64,000 bases of DNA from Candidatus Kaiserbacteria bacterium (GCA_016699245.1 CP064968.1:15654-79653); one strand, 5' to 3'; positions 18,504 through 29,000 are shown, counted from the stretch's first letter. Program-made: numbers and translations. The notes: generated from the letters alone by a model not told the origin.

Positions 18504-19229
18504 ATGACTCAAGCAAATCCCTACGCACCGTATTCTTCAAAGCGCGAACAGCGTATTGTCTTTTTCTTTGTGACGGTAGGGACTATAGCGCTTACCTATG
18601 CTTTTTTCTATATAGTCGATTTCCTTCCGGAGCAAAAGACCGATGGTAACGAAACTCCCTCACGCATGGAAGCGGAGCAGATGGCTGTATCTGAAACAGA
18701 GAATGTGACACTCAGTGATGAAGAAACTGAAAAGCAGGATACGCTCGCCCACGATACAACTGCAGTAGTGAGTGAAGACGCAACCTTTCCTATTGCTATC
18801 ATTTTTGATTCACTCGATGATAGAAAAGTTCGTGTCCTTAATCCAGAATCTTCTTCGGTGGAGGCACTTGATGCAGCACTTCTTTCTGGTGTGATTCGTC
18901 ATCCTGACTCAGCAGACTTTGCCGAGAAGGGCACCATATTCCTTTTGGGACACTCAAGTTATCTGCCGAATGTCATGAATAAAAACTTCCAAGCGTTTAA
19001 TGGTATTCAAAAACTAAAGTGGGGAGATACTATTCGTCTCCGCTCCAGCGACACCGAATACGTGTACACGGTAGATAGGGTATACGAAGCAAAGGCTTCA
19101 AGCGCCGAGGTGCCACTGCAATATGATATCGCAAAGCTTGTGCTCGCGACCTGTAATACCTTTGCGAGTAAGGACGACCGCTTCGTAGTGGAAGCCACGC
19201 TCGTAGACTCATACCCGCTTGAGGATTAG
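18504..19229 (+). CDS. Sortase-family transpeptidase
   Basis: N-terminal TM anchor (IVFFFVTVGTIALTYAFFYIV), catalytic His context (TIFLLGHSS), catalytic Cys in a TLxTC-like motif (LVLATCNTF) and a conserved Arg (DRFVVEATLV). Order and spacing match sortase catalytic motifs. Confidence 0.65.
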   Translation: MTQANPYAPYSSKREQRIVFFFVTVGTIALTYAFFYIVDFLPEQKTDGNETPSRMEAEQMAVSETENVTLSDEETEKQDTLAHDTTAVVSEDATFPIAIIFDSLDDRKVRVLNPESSSVEALDAALLSGVIRHPDSADFAEKGTIFLLGHSSYLPNVMNKNFQAFNGIQKLKWGDTIRLRSSDTEYVYTVDRVYEAKASSAEVPLQYDIAKLVLATCNTFASKDDRFVVEATLVDSYPLED

Positions 19230-19480
19230 TGTGTCGAGAGAGGAGAAGTGTCCGAACTTTGACAAAAAATAGGTTGTGATGTACAATATTTTTATATAGT
19301 TCTCCTCTGTTCTTCATGCGCCTGTGTGCATGGCTCATGGCAAAATAATCATATTTTGCTTTGTACATTAATTTCAGTCAAAAGCGGAATCTTTCCATGC
19401 TTTCAATATGTTTACGTACACGCGTAGGTGAGCATATTTAGAGGTATGAACTCATTACTTAATTTTATCGAACTCATTAT

Positions 19481-21529
19481 ATGAAGAACAAATACACAAT
19501 TGCATACATAGGTGCGATTATCGCACTCCCGGTAGCGCTCTTGTTCATCGTGCCAGCAGTTGCAACAACAAATGCATTCGACTGGAACGGTGGAAGTACT
19601 GCACAGTCTTCCTTTGCAGAAGCTGAGGCTGATGTATTCGGAGATGCGGACGCATGGACATGGGGTACAGGAACAGATGCAGGTGCAGAGGCTGAAACTG
19701 AGTCTGACGCATCAGCGCACGCATCCGCTTTTGGTAATGGTGCCGAGGCAGAAGCAGGTGCTAATACTGAAGACTACGCATGGTCATCAACAGGGACAGA
19801 TGATGCGGGAGTCACTTCTGGGGAAGCCTACGCCTGGAACACCGGCAGCGCGTACGCGTCTGCACACGTGCATACAAACACCTGTGGTCATGACTGGTGT
19901 GATTACCACGATTGTGATGATCACGACGAGTGTACATGGGGCTGTGAGGAGGAAGAAACTCATGCACCTACCTGTACCTTGAATGTTCTCCCTAGTTCAA
20001 TCGTAGAGGGGAATTCAGTAAAGCTTGTATGGGATACCAGTTACGCATCTGCAGTCTCGATTGCAGGAATTGGTTCTGTGGTACTTGATGGCTCTAAGGA
20101 CCTTACACCAACACAGTCACAGACCTATACGCTTACCGCAACAGGTGAAGGTGGTACGGCAATATGTGCAAAGTCAGTGCACGTAACTCCAAAAGAGGTG
20201 GTATATCCAGCGCCACTCTGTACATTCAGTATTAATCCTGAATCTATTACGGAAGGTGGATCAGCAACATTTACATGGGATACCACCAATGCAACCGCAG
20301 TGTCTATTGACACCATTGGAGCAGTCACTGTTGATGGTACAAAAGTTGTGTACCCAACACAGACAAAAAACTATGAACTTACCGCAACAGGAAATGGTGG
20401 TACGGTAAAGTGTACCGACTCCGTTCACGTAACACCAAAAGTGAATCCACCAACACAAGTAGTGAAGTGCGATTCGTTTACTGCAAGTAAATCACATATC
20501 AAGAAAGGAGAAGCAGTGGTACTCGCGTGGAATACTACTGACGCACAGAGTGTGCTCATCAACGAAGGTGTTGGTACAGTCGCACTCGATGGGAATACCA
20601 CGGTCTATCTCTTCCGTAGTACAACCTTCACTCTCACCGCGCGTAATGGTGCTGAAACCAATACGTGTCAGGTATCGGTCGGTGTTGATGCGGAAAATAC
20701 TACTTCCGGAACCACAACTACTATCACGAATGTAAACAATAACTACGTTGCGACAACTACTATCACGAATGTAAACAACAACAGCAACTATAACTACAAC
20801 TCATACAGTGGTGGAAGTAGCCGTAATAACAACAACAATGACGATGATGCTCGCTGTGATTCATTCACGGTAAGTGATTCTCGTGTCGAAGAAGGAGATA
20901 AAGTTACACTCCGTTGGAAGACTACCGACGCAGACGATGTTGATATTAACCAAGGTGTGGGTGATGTTGACGATGATGGAAGCGAAACAGTAACCATCGA
21001 TGAAGACACCACTTTTACCTTGACTGCGCGCGGTGATGGCGATACTGATACGTGTCGCGTGAGTGTCAAGGTAGACGAAGATGATGACAACAATGATAAC
21101 GACAAACTTCGTTGTGAATTTAGCGTTTCCGACAGTGCTATCCGCACCGGTGAGAGCGTTATCCTCTCATGGATAAACGACGCTACTGACCGCCTTGTCC
21201 TCAAGGACAACAACGGCAAGACACTTGCAGACTCAAAGAAGAATAGTGATATCGATGAGGATGTAGATTTCCTTACCGTAAAGCCATCAAAGACCACCAA
21301 GTATACCCTTGATGTCTATGACGGCAACAAGAAGGAAACGTGCGTGCTCAATGTTGAAGTTGGAAAGGGCACCGTGAGTGGTATCTCACTCTCACAGGTC
21401 CCCTACACAGGATTTGAAGCAGGGCCAATGCTTACCGCTATTTTCTACGGTGCAATCGCTCTCTGGGGTCTTGTACTCGCCTACGCGCTTGTCCTAAAAA
21501 AAAAGCACTCCCGGATGCTCTCAAAGTAA
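19481..21529 (+). CDS. Cell-surface protein with 5-6 Ig-like repeat domains and a C-terminal sortase-type sorting signal (non-canonical VPYTG)
   Basis: Signal/TM N-terminus and an Asp/Glu/Ala-rich low-complexity region. Cys-containing ~95-aa repeats (C..S...I.EG.S..L.W.T..A..V.I...G.V...G...V.P..T..Y.LTA.G.GG...C...V.V) occur about six times. The C-terminus SQVPYTGFEAGPMLTAIFYGAIALWGLVLAYALVLKKKHSR is motif + TM helix + basic tail. The sortase gene is directly upstream. Confidence 0.6.
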   Translation: MKNKYTIAYIGAIIALPVALLFIVPAVATTNAFDWNGGSTAQSSFAEAEADVFGDADAWTWGTGTDAGAEAETESDASAHASAFGNGAEAEAGANTEDYAWSSTGTDDAGVTSGEAYAWNTGSAYASAHVHTNTCGHDWCDYHDCDDHDECTWGCEEEETHAPTCTLNVLPSSIVEGNSVKLVWDTSYASAVSIAGIGSVVLDGSKDLTPTQSQTYTLTATGEGGTAICAKSVHVTPKEVVYPAPLCTFSINPESITEGGSATFTWDTTNATAVSIDTIGAVTVDGTKVVYPTQTKNYELTATGNGGTVKCTDSVHVTPKVNPPTQVVKCDSFTASKSHIKKGEAVVLAWNTTDAQSVLINEGVGTVALDGNTTVYLFRSTTFTLTARNGAETNTCQVSVGVDAENTTSGTTTTITNVNNNYVATTTITNVNNNSNYNYNSYSGGSSRNNNNNDDDARCDSFTVSDSRVEEGDKVTLRWKTTDADDVDINQGVGDVDDDGSETVTIDEDTTFTLTARGDGDTDTCRVSVKVDEDDDNNDNDKLRCEFSVSDSAIRTGESVILSWINDATDRLVLKDNNGKTLADSKKNSDIDEDVDFLTVKPSKTTKYTLDVYDGNKKETCVLNVEVGKGTVSGISLSQVPYTGFEAGPMLTAIFYGAIALWGLVLAYALVLKKKHSRMLSK

Positions 21530-21543
21530 CTAGGGAGGAAGAT

Positions 21544-21828
21544 GTGGTCACACCCGTGGCGACACCTGAAATTCCTCCCAATCTTCCGGTATTGCCAGAA
21601 GGTGAAGTGGAGGATGAAATTGACGCGCTCAAAGCACTTGAAACGCATGCGCACATACATGCAACACTCATCTCGAGTGATGCACTCCGTCTCATTGCGA
21701 ATCACGGCACCCGTGCTGAACAGATGGAACTCTTGGATAAAGTTATTGCACGCGCAAAGACCAAGTATCCTACTGAAAATGAGTGGACCGTACTCAACAA
21801 AGAACGCGTCATAACACTCCTCGCATAA
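21544..21828 (+). CDS. Hypothetical small acidic protein
   Basis: 94 aa ORF with a GTG start and helical-looking sequence. The frame was preferred over the overlapping 21542 ORF on composition only. Confidence 0.3.
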   Translation: MVTPVATPEIPPNLPVLPEGEVEDEIDALKALETHAHIHATLISSDALRLIANHGTRAEQMELLDKVIARAKTKYPTENEWTVLNKERVITLLA

Positions 21829-21840
21829 GTGAGGAACAGC

Positions 21841-21872
21841 AAAACCCCGCGACTTCGCCGCGGGGTTTTGCT
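21841..21872 (+). terminator. Rho-independent terminator
   Basis: AAAACCCCGCG-ACTTCGC-CGCGGGGTTTTGCTGTT. Confidence 0.65.
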
Positions 21873-21947
21873 GTTCACGCCACATTTCCTAAGGTCTTGC
21901 TTCGGGCAAATAGGGAAGGCGAGTAACTTCTGTTGCTCCATGAGATA

Positions 21948-22259
21948 TTATCCCAGAGCCAAGTCCCGCACATACTGCGATACAGAATCGTACCCTTTTT
22001 CAATCGCTCTTTTTTCAATACGCGCCTTATCTGCTCCTGACACACGAAAACGAATGACGTCTGACTGTTTCCGCCCATACTCTTGTTCGGCAATAATTAG
22101 ATTAGGTAGATCGAGAATGACCGATGATAAATCTTCCTCAAGAAACTCTTGATCAATACATGCGCCTTTCGCAATAAAATGCACTGTCCCTGACTTTGTT
22201 TTTTCAAGCGTATAGGGATATATTTTATTTTTTATAGTTATACTTGCTTTTGTTTTCAT
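21948..22259 (-). CDS. hicB: HicB-like antitoxin (N-terminal HicB fold + C-terminal ribbon-helix-helix)
   Basis: The C-terminus IRFRVSGADKARIEKRAIEKGYDSVSQYVRDLAL is RHH-like. The start ATG overlaps the hicA TGA stop (ATGA coupling). Confidence 0.45.
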   Translation of the reverse strand: MKTKASITIKNKIYPYTLEKTKSGTVHFIAKGACIDQEFLEEDLSSVILDLPNLIIAEQEYGRKQSDVIRFRVSGADKARIEKRAIEKGYDSVSQYVRDLALG

Positions 22260-22504
22260 ATATTTCTTTTTATGAATACTTGTATCTGAGTGCGTATCTG
22301 CTGCTTGTAGAAATTTTTACACTCATTGTTGTGTACGGGGACAATAATATCGTGTTGTAACTGCGAGTGTTTCCACTTTACGTGACTGCCTTTTGCATAT
22401 ATTTTCTCAAAACCAACGTAAATAAGGATTTTTTCGATATCTGCATAACGAACATTCTGTGGTGAATGGTCAAACTTTTGAAGCAGTTTTTCAATCTGAC
22501 TCAT
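22256..22504 (-). CDS. hicA: HicA-like mRNA interferase toxin
   Basis: MSQIEKLLQKFDHSP...GFEKIYAKGSHVKWKHSQLQHDIIVPVH...KQQIRTQIQ matches the HicA pattern (GF..GSH..H...PVH). The internal ATG at 22504 is preferred over the longer ORF with a hydrophobic leader. Confidence 0.55.
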   Translation of the reverse strand: MSQIEKLLQKFDHSPQNVRYADIEKILIYVGFEKIYAKGSHVKWKHSQLQHDIIVPVHNNECKNFYKQQIRTQIQVFIKRNI

Positions 22505-22601
22505 TGTAACTACATTATATATAAATGTAGTTACAATGCAAGTATCAAAGCAGTGGTATATAATCAGGAAGGAGATAGAGAAGTATCTCAACTAATAAAT
22601 T

Positions 22602-22862
22602 ATGAAAAAAGATCCATTTGTATTAACGAAGGAAGAGCAGGAAATTGAGAACGCGTTTGCACAGGGTGCGTATTCCTCTGTCCCCAATCTCGCGGAAGAA
22701 AAAAAGAGATATGCGCAAATCGCACAAAATACCTTTGCACGAAACAAGATGATTACACTCCGTATCTCCGAACGCAATCTTCTCCGTGTGAAAGCAGCAG
22801 CCGCCCGTGAGGGACTGTCATACCAAACATACATCACTGCGCTTATTCAGAAGAATGTGTAG
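22602..22862 (+). CDS. BrnA / CopG-type type II antitoxin (apparently orphan)
   Basis: EEKKRYAQIAQNTFARNKMITLRISERNLLRVKAAAAREGLSYQTYITALIQKNV matches the CopG-antitoxin (BrnA) family pattern. No BrnT/DUF497 partner ORF is adjacent. Confidence 0.55.
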   Translation: MKKDPFVLTKEEQEIENAFAQGAYSSVPNLAEEKKRYAQIAQNTFARNKMITLRISERNLLRVKAAAAREGLSYQTYITALIQKNV

Positions 22863-22906
22863 TCGGGGTGGACAACACTACATAGAAACCTCTTGAAAGA
22901 AAAGTG

Positions 22907-23309
22907 ACAGAACTCTTTCTCTGAACTCTTTTCCTAAAATCCTTTCTCGTCACGAACTTTTGCCCCGCACGCATAAGGCCTGAGAACTAAAAGCAATGCT
23001 TTTAGTTCTCAGGCCTTTGCTCCGCTCGCCCAATGAGGGCTCCGCGAGGCGCTGCAAAAGTTGTAACTCAACGGATTTTAGTAAAAGAACTCGTTGACGT
23101 ACTGCTTTTATTCAGCCTGCCTAGATTCTTCTTATGAGCGAAGCAAATTAGAAAATCTTGGCTGTCGCCACATGCTCTCACAATGCAATGTGGTGACCAG
23201 GACGACCTCAGGGGAGGAGCGGAGCAAAGACCCAAAACCCGCATTCGTAGAATGAGGTTTTGGGTCTTATGCGTGCTGAAGAAAAGCAGTGCGGAAAAAG
23301 AGTTCTGTC
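22907..23309 (+). mobile_element. MITE-like / structured repeat element, copy C
   Basis: Left TIR GACAGAACTCTTTCTC...AAATCCTTTCTCGTCACGAACTTTTGCCCCGCACGCATAAG, right TIR CTTATGCGTGCTGAAGAAAAGCAGTGCGGAAAAAGAGTTCTGTC (its reverse complement). Internal hairpin arms and a central CTCAACGGATTTTAG...CTCGTTGACGTAC block are conserved with copies A, B and D. Confidence 0.5.
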
Positions 23310-23355
23310 TCCAATCTGTGCGATTCTAACCGAAAAAGAATTTTAGAGTTTGCGA

Positions 23356-25116
23356 CTACAACACCTTTGCCTCAATCTCAGCGAGGAGGTGGTTGCCGAG
23401 TTTGTCGAGTTTCATTTGGCTTGTGCCACCGCCTCTCGATTCGAGTGTCACATTCTTGTTGGTAATTTCTGCGTCACCGACCACAGCAAAGTAGGGAAGT
23501 TTATCAGTCTTTGCGGCACGAATACGCTTGCCCAGGGATTCACTGGCGTCAACAAGGGTGACACGAATACCCACTGCCTTCAATTCCTCATACACATGCT
23601 GTGCATATTCGTGGTGTGCATCCGCCACCGGAATAATGCGTATTTGCTCAGGAGCAAGCCAAAGAGGGAAATTACCTGCGGTATGCTCTATATATACCCC
23701 TAGAAAGCGATCTATGGTGCCAAGGAGCGCTTTGTGGATCATTACTGGGGTTTTCTTCGTCCCGTCTTTATCCGTGTATTCTAGGTCAAAACGGCCCGGC
23801 TGCACAAAGTCGAGTTGCTGGGTAGCACACTGCCATTCTCGCCCTAGTGCGTCGATAACCATAATGTCAATTTTTGGACCATAGAATGCTGCCTCACCAA
23901 TAGCGACGTGATAGTCGAGTCCAAGCTTCTTTGCCACCAACTCAATTTTTTCTTCAGCACTTTTCCATAGTTCAGAATCACCTAGATATTTTTCTTTTTG
24001 CTCGGGATCATGGAATGAGAGGCGCGCCTTAAACTCCATACCGAGTGCTCGGTAGAGTGACTTAATCATCTGCATAATACTTTCAAACTCTTGCTCAATT
24101 TGGTCGGGACGACAAAAGACATGTGCGTCATCCTGCGTGAGCGAACGTACGCGCGTGAGCCCACCGAGTTCACCTGTCTTCTCGTCGCGATAGCACGTGG
24201 TGGTCTCCATGTACCGCACGGGGAGGTCACGATAACTGCGTGGTCGTGAGGCATAAATCTGTGTGTGATGCGGGCAGTTCATGGGCTTCAGTGCAAATTC
24301 GTCACTCGACTCCTGGCTCTTTACAAGGAAAAGTTCGTGGCCAAACTTATCCCAGTGGCCTGATTTCTTGTATAAATCAATCTTTGTAATATGCGGAATC
24401 CAGACCTTTTCAAAGCCAGCACGTGACTGGAGTGATTCAGAGAATTTCCCTAATTCATCGCGCAGAATCGTACCTTTTGGGGTATAGAGGGGGAGACCAG
24501 ACCCCACCAATTCAGAGAAAGTGAAGAGGTCAAGCTCCTTACCCAGTTTCCTATGGTCGCGCTTCTTTGCTTCCACGACACCGGCAAGGTACTTGACTAA
24601 ATCGTCTTTCGTGTCAAAAGCAAGACCATACAAGCGCGTGAGCATCGCATTTTTTTCGTCCCCACGCCAGTATGCACCGGCCACGGAGGTGAGTGTAAAG
24701 GAGTCGACGTCGATATCTTTTGCAGGAGACTCTGAGTGTCCTCCACGACAGAGGTCGGTGAACTCACTTGCACCCTCTCCCACAGTGTACAGAGTGATGG
24801 TCTCACCATTTTTTTCGAGGTCGTTAATGAGTTCTATCTTGTACTGATTATTTTTGAAGGTGTCGCGCGCAATATCGGGGGTCACCACTGTGTGTGAAAA
24901 TACTTTCCACGTTGCAAGCATCTTTTTCATGTGACGTTCGATATTCTTCAGGTCCTCATCCTTCGGTGTCGGTCCTCCGTTAAAATCAAAGTCATAGTAA
25001 AACCCCGTTTCGATAGCCGGACCGATGGTGGGTTTTGCGTGTGGAAATTCTTTGCGCACCGCAGTCGCAAGGAGGTGGGCAAGGGTGTGTCGCTTCTTCT
25101 CTAAAAGTGGTTCCAT
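23356..25116 (-). CDS. thrS: Threonine--tRNA ligase (586 aa, lacking the N-terminal TGS domain)
   Basis: Second-additional-domain pattern (RHTLAHLLATAV...TIGPAIETGFYYDFDF), class II catalytic motifs (FRDELG; GELGGLTRVRSLTQDDAHVF) and a C-terminal anticodon-binding domain. Confidence 0.9.
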   Translation of the reverse strand: MEPLLEKKRHTLAHLLATAVRKEFPHAKPTIGPAIETGFYYDFDFNGGPTPKDEDLKNIERHMKKMLATWKVFSHTVVTPDIARDTFKNNQYKIELINDLEKNGETITLYTVGEGASEFTDLCRGGHSESPAKDIDVDSFTLTSVAGAYWRGDEKNAMLTRLYGLAFDTKDDLVKYLAGVVEAKKRDHRKLGKELDLFTFSELVGSGLPLYTPKGTILRDELGKFSESLQSRAGFEKVWIPHITKIDLYKKSGHWDKFGHELFLVKSQESSDEFALKPMNCPHHTQIYASRPRSYRDLPVRYMETTTCYRDEKTGELGGLTRVRSLTQDDAHVFCRPDQIEQEFESIMQMIKSLYRALGMEFKARLSFHDPEQKEKYLGDSELWKSAEEKIELVAKKLGLDYHVAIGEAAFYGPKIDIMVIDALGREWQCATQQLDFVQPGRFDLEYTDKDGTKKTPVMIHKALLGTIDRFLGVYIEHTAGNFPLWLAPEQIRIIPVADAHHEYAQHVYEELKAVGIRVTLVDASESLGKRIRAAKTDKLPYFAVVGDAEITNKNVTLESRGGGTSQMKLDKLGNHLLAEIEAKVL

Positions 25117-25119
25117 AAT

Positions 25120-26014
25120 AATTTTGTATATTTAACTCTGAATAAAAGTCCGTGTCGCTGGATCTAGCGATTAGCCCGAGAAGGGGAGAATCGAGATTCA
25201 GATTCGACAACCTCTTTGTGTTCGTTTGCTCATCTAAAAAACGCCCAAGCAAAAACACGATTTCTCATGTTTTTGCTCGGACGATCTTTGCATTCCTGCA
25301 AGCCGCGGTTCCACCGAGCTTCCGAGAGTTTTGCTCTCGACGCTTATATGCAGATTAGGTGCTCATATATGAGTACGCCCAAGAGGGCTGACGTTTGGTA
25401 GACGTCACAACTTCTGATTCACTATGGTAGCGTGTCTGCACCCAATGTCAAATTGGAGCATAGGGAAGCGAGAAGGGGAACTGGTATGGGATGTGGAGTG
25501 GTGTAAAATAGCCAGACAAAATACATCTTGCGCGGAAGTATGCATGAGGATATCTCATGTGGATACATCCGGTTGAAACCTCTTTTTCACCAGTATCCGA
25601 ACTAAGATAAAAGCACTCACTTTTTAAAAAAAAGAATGCTTCCACATTCTCGATTAGCCGAGATATTTATATAATAATGGGTTTTGTAACCCCGAGGACT
25701 AACCTAGGAGAATCTCCTATGATAGTTCTCGGAGTGCGCACATAGTTAAATCATGCTCTATGTGTGACATCGTAAGTCACCCATACGTCTGTTCGACTTA
25801 CGATGTCGACCATCGTAAAGTTGCCCCGAGGGCTATCCTAGGGGAAAGACTTCGGGGTATGCCACTGACCTGCCTAAGGTCTTGTCTCGCGAGAATATGT
25901 GCTCTTAAAAATTTGGACATTCGATCTCCTAATTTTTCCTTTAAATATAAAATGAAGTGTTGAAAGTTATCCACGAAAAATACTCTGTGTTGCGTCACTT
26001 TTTCGATACAATAT
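25120..26014. other. 900-bp non-coding region upstream of the giant surface-protein gene, containing conserved hairpins (candidate ncRNA / regulatory leader)
   Basis: No ORF with protein-like composition. Long hairpin GACATCGTAAGTC-(16 nt)-GACTTACGATGTC at 25766-25807 shares its stem with the hairpin upstream of rpsP (53213-53287). Paired related motifs CCGAGGACTAACCTAGGAGAATCTCC (25695) and CCGAGGGCTATCCTAGGGGAAAGACTTC (25826). Confidence 0.4.
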
Positions 26015-29000
26015 ATGTATTCGTACATGCAACAGTCTGATGCCACAGTGAGTACCTCGCGCGACCAGTTCTTTTTGGAAAGAATAGGTTTTTTCTTTAC
26101 TCAGTGTTTTTTACATGCACGAGGAGTGCATCATAAGAAGGTCTCACTGATTGTTGCATTTGGACTTTTTTTGATAGTGGTTTGTTTTCCTTCGGCAAAG
26201 GCTGAGGCCGCAATTCAATTTGTCGGTTCTACGACTGCATCGGGCGATAATGCCGCATACAATCTCTCCCTCACCGGACTCACGGGGGGTATCTCGAGTA
26301 CTGCAGCACAGGATGATTTTGTTGTTGTGGTAAATACATACGTTGGTACTGCAGATGGTAATCCTGGCGTCGGCACAGCGGGCTATACAGAAATGGCCGA
26401 TTTGTATGCAAATAATAACAGAGACGTTAATTTCTCAGTGAATTATAAGTTTATGACGGCGACTCCCGATACAACAGTTTCTTGTAACGGGAGTGCAACG
26501 GCCGGTAGTGCATCGACCTGCCTCGCGATGGTTTTTCGGGGTGTGGATCTCACGACGCCGATGGATGTCGCATCGACGACGGCAACCAGTAACACTACAG
26601 AAGACGTTGATTGTCCCGCAATAACCCCCGTCACCAGTGGATCGTACGTACTCTGTACAGGAGGGGGTGCGGGAGCAAATGTCGACGCTGCGATTCCTGC
26701 AATTGCAGGGTACGCTCATGCATATCTGCAGTTTGATTCCACCAACTACACTTCTGCATCAGTTGGTGCGTATAAGGCATGGACATCAGGCGCCGAAGAT
26801 CCTGCAGCATTTGTTATGGACTTAGGTACACAGGCGAACAATTCAATGGCGGCACTCACTATGGCATTACGTGAACAACGCACCGTCTCCCTCTCCTCCG
26901 CCTCCAACCAAGTCTTTTCATACGCGCAAGCAACGACCACCATCAGCACCATCACCATTACCGATAACGTGGGCGCATCGGTCACCGCAGCAAACGACAT
27001 CCGCATCCGCATCGCCTCTACCTCCCTCACCATGAAGTGGGACACCACCGACACCACCGCCACCTTTGGCGGTACCGCCTCGGGCAAAGTATCAAACCCC
27101 GTCTCCTACGAAAACAATGGCACGACACTCGTAATACCTGTAGACACCAACTTTAGTGCAGGAGAGACACTCACGGTGAGTGGACTCTCCTTCACCCAGT
27201 TCCTCGGCACCAGTACCGCAACCACGGGGCTCAACATGTACCTCGCGGGAGGAAGTGACGCCGTGAGTGATGGTGCTGATGATAAGACGATAGTTATCTA
27301 TTCCGCCTTGCCCACCCTCACCACTCCCACCGCCACCGCCATTAGTTCCACTACCGCAACCCTCGGTGGCACCATCGTAAGTAACGGTGGGGGACTGACC
27401 GCCCGTGGTACCTGCTGGGGCACGACCCCATCCCCCGTCACCAACTGTGTTGCAGAAGGCGGTACAGGAACGGGTGTCTTCACGCAGGCACGCACCGGCC
27501 TTTCGCAGGCCACCTTCATCTACGCCCGTGCCTATGCCACAAACGCTACCGGCACCGCATACTCAAGTGACACCCTCTTCCTCACCGAAGGCACCTTCGT
27601 ACCGGGTACGGAGAATGTCACCGCAGTGGGAACGAGTACTGCAACGATAGGGGGGACGATCTTAGGTTCTTTCTCGACTTTTACGACTGCAACAGATACG
27701 CCAGAGGCAAACATAAAAGCCCTCACCGTTGACTCCGTAAATGGTGTTCTCTACGCAGGGTCAGATACGAATGGATACATCTACCGCTGTCTCCTTTCTA
27801 CAGGGTGTGACTCCACTGGAGATTTCACTATTGTATATGACACTGCGTCTACAGATATGTTCGCACTCACTATTGCGAGTAGTACTTTGTATGTAGCAGC
27901 AATAACAGGTGCAGGTTTTGGCACCATCCACCGATGCCTCCTCTCCACGGGGTGTGACGCTTCGGGTGATTTTACAGAAGTGCTTAGTAGTCCTGTTGAC
28001 TTCTTTTATTCGTTCACCGTTGATTCTGTTAACGGTGTCCTTTACGTAGGAGGAAGTTATGCTGGTACCCAGGAGTCTATCCATCGATGCCTCCTCTCCA
28101 CGGGATGTGAAGACTGGGGTGACTTCTCACAAGCGTATAGCACGTTTGTAAGTCAAAAAATTATCTCCCTGACCATCGCAAGTAGCACCCTCTACGCAGG
28201 AACGGACACAGAAGGTATTATCTACCGATGCCTCCTCTCTACAGACTGTGACGCTACGGTAGATTACACAACTGCTTTCGACACCACAGAAACAAAAATT
28301 CTTTCTCTCGCGTTTGACTCAGTTAACGGCGTCCTCCATGTAGGGACAAGTCCGAACGGCATCTTTTACCCATGTCTCCTCACCACGGGGTGTGACGCCT
28401 CGGGTGATTTTAATAGTCCCGCGAACACGGCCGATGACGAAATATACTCCATCATATTTTCAAGCACCACACGCTACGCAGCCACGGGTCCTCGTGGAGT
28501 CATCTACGCATGTTTCCTCCCCACGGGGTGTGATGGCCTCGGCGCCTTCACCACCGCAACAGACACCCCTGCGACCGCTATCTACGCTCTCGCCATCGAC
28601 TCCGCAAATAATGCGCTCTACGCAGGCTCGGGCGCAGACGGCATCATATACAAAAGCGAAATAGGTCCCGCATACCCCATCACCGAACGTGGCACCTGCT
28701 GGGGAACCAGCCCATCCCCCGTCACCAATTGCCTTGCCACCTCAGGGACGAGTACCGGCGCCTTCACCCATGCACGTACTGGTCTTCCGAGTGGCACTCT
28801 CATCTACGCGCGCGCGTATGTTACCTATGCATCAGGCACCGCATACTCAGCTGACATAAGTACCACCACTCTTAGTGTGCCACCAACCACCCTCTCCTCC
28901 GCCTCCAACCAAGTCTTTTCATACGCGCAAGCAACGACCACCATCAGCACCATCACCATTACCGATAACGTGGGCGCATCGGTCACCGCAGCAAACGACA

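Noticed and set aside
21542-21814. Alternative ORF (MWSHPWRHLKF...) overlapping the 21544 small protein
   Set aside because: It is Arg/Lys/Trp-rich and offset by 2 nt from the more protein-like frame; only one frame can be coding. The call is kept at low confidence either way.
25120-26014. RNase P RNA, tmRNA or SRP RNA in the long non-coding region
   Set aside because: The conserved signatures were searched for by eye and not found: GGAAAGTCCGG / AGGGTGAAA for RNase P; GGAAGGAAGCAGC for SRP domain IV; a tRNA-like CCA end and tag reading frame for tmRNA. The region is left as unassigned structured non-coding sequence.
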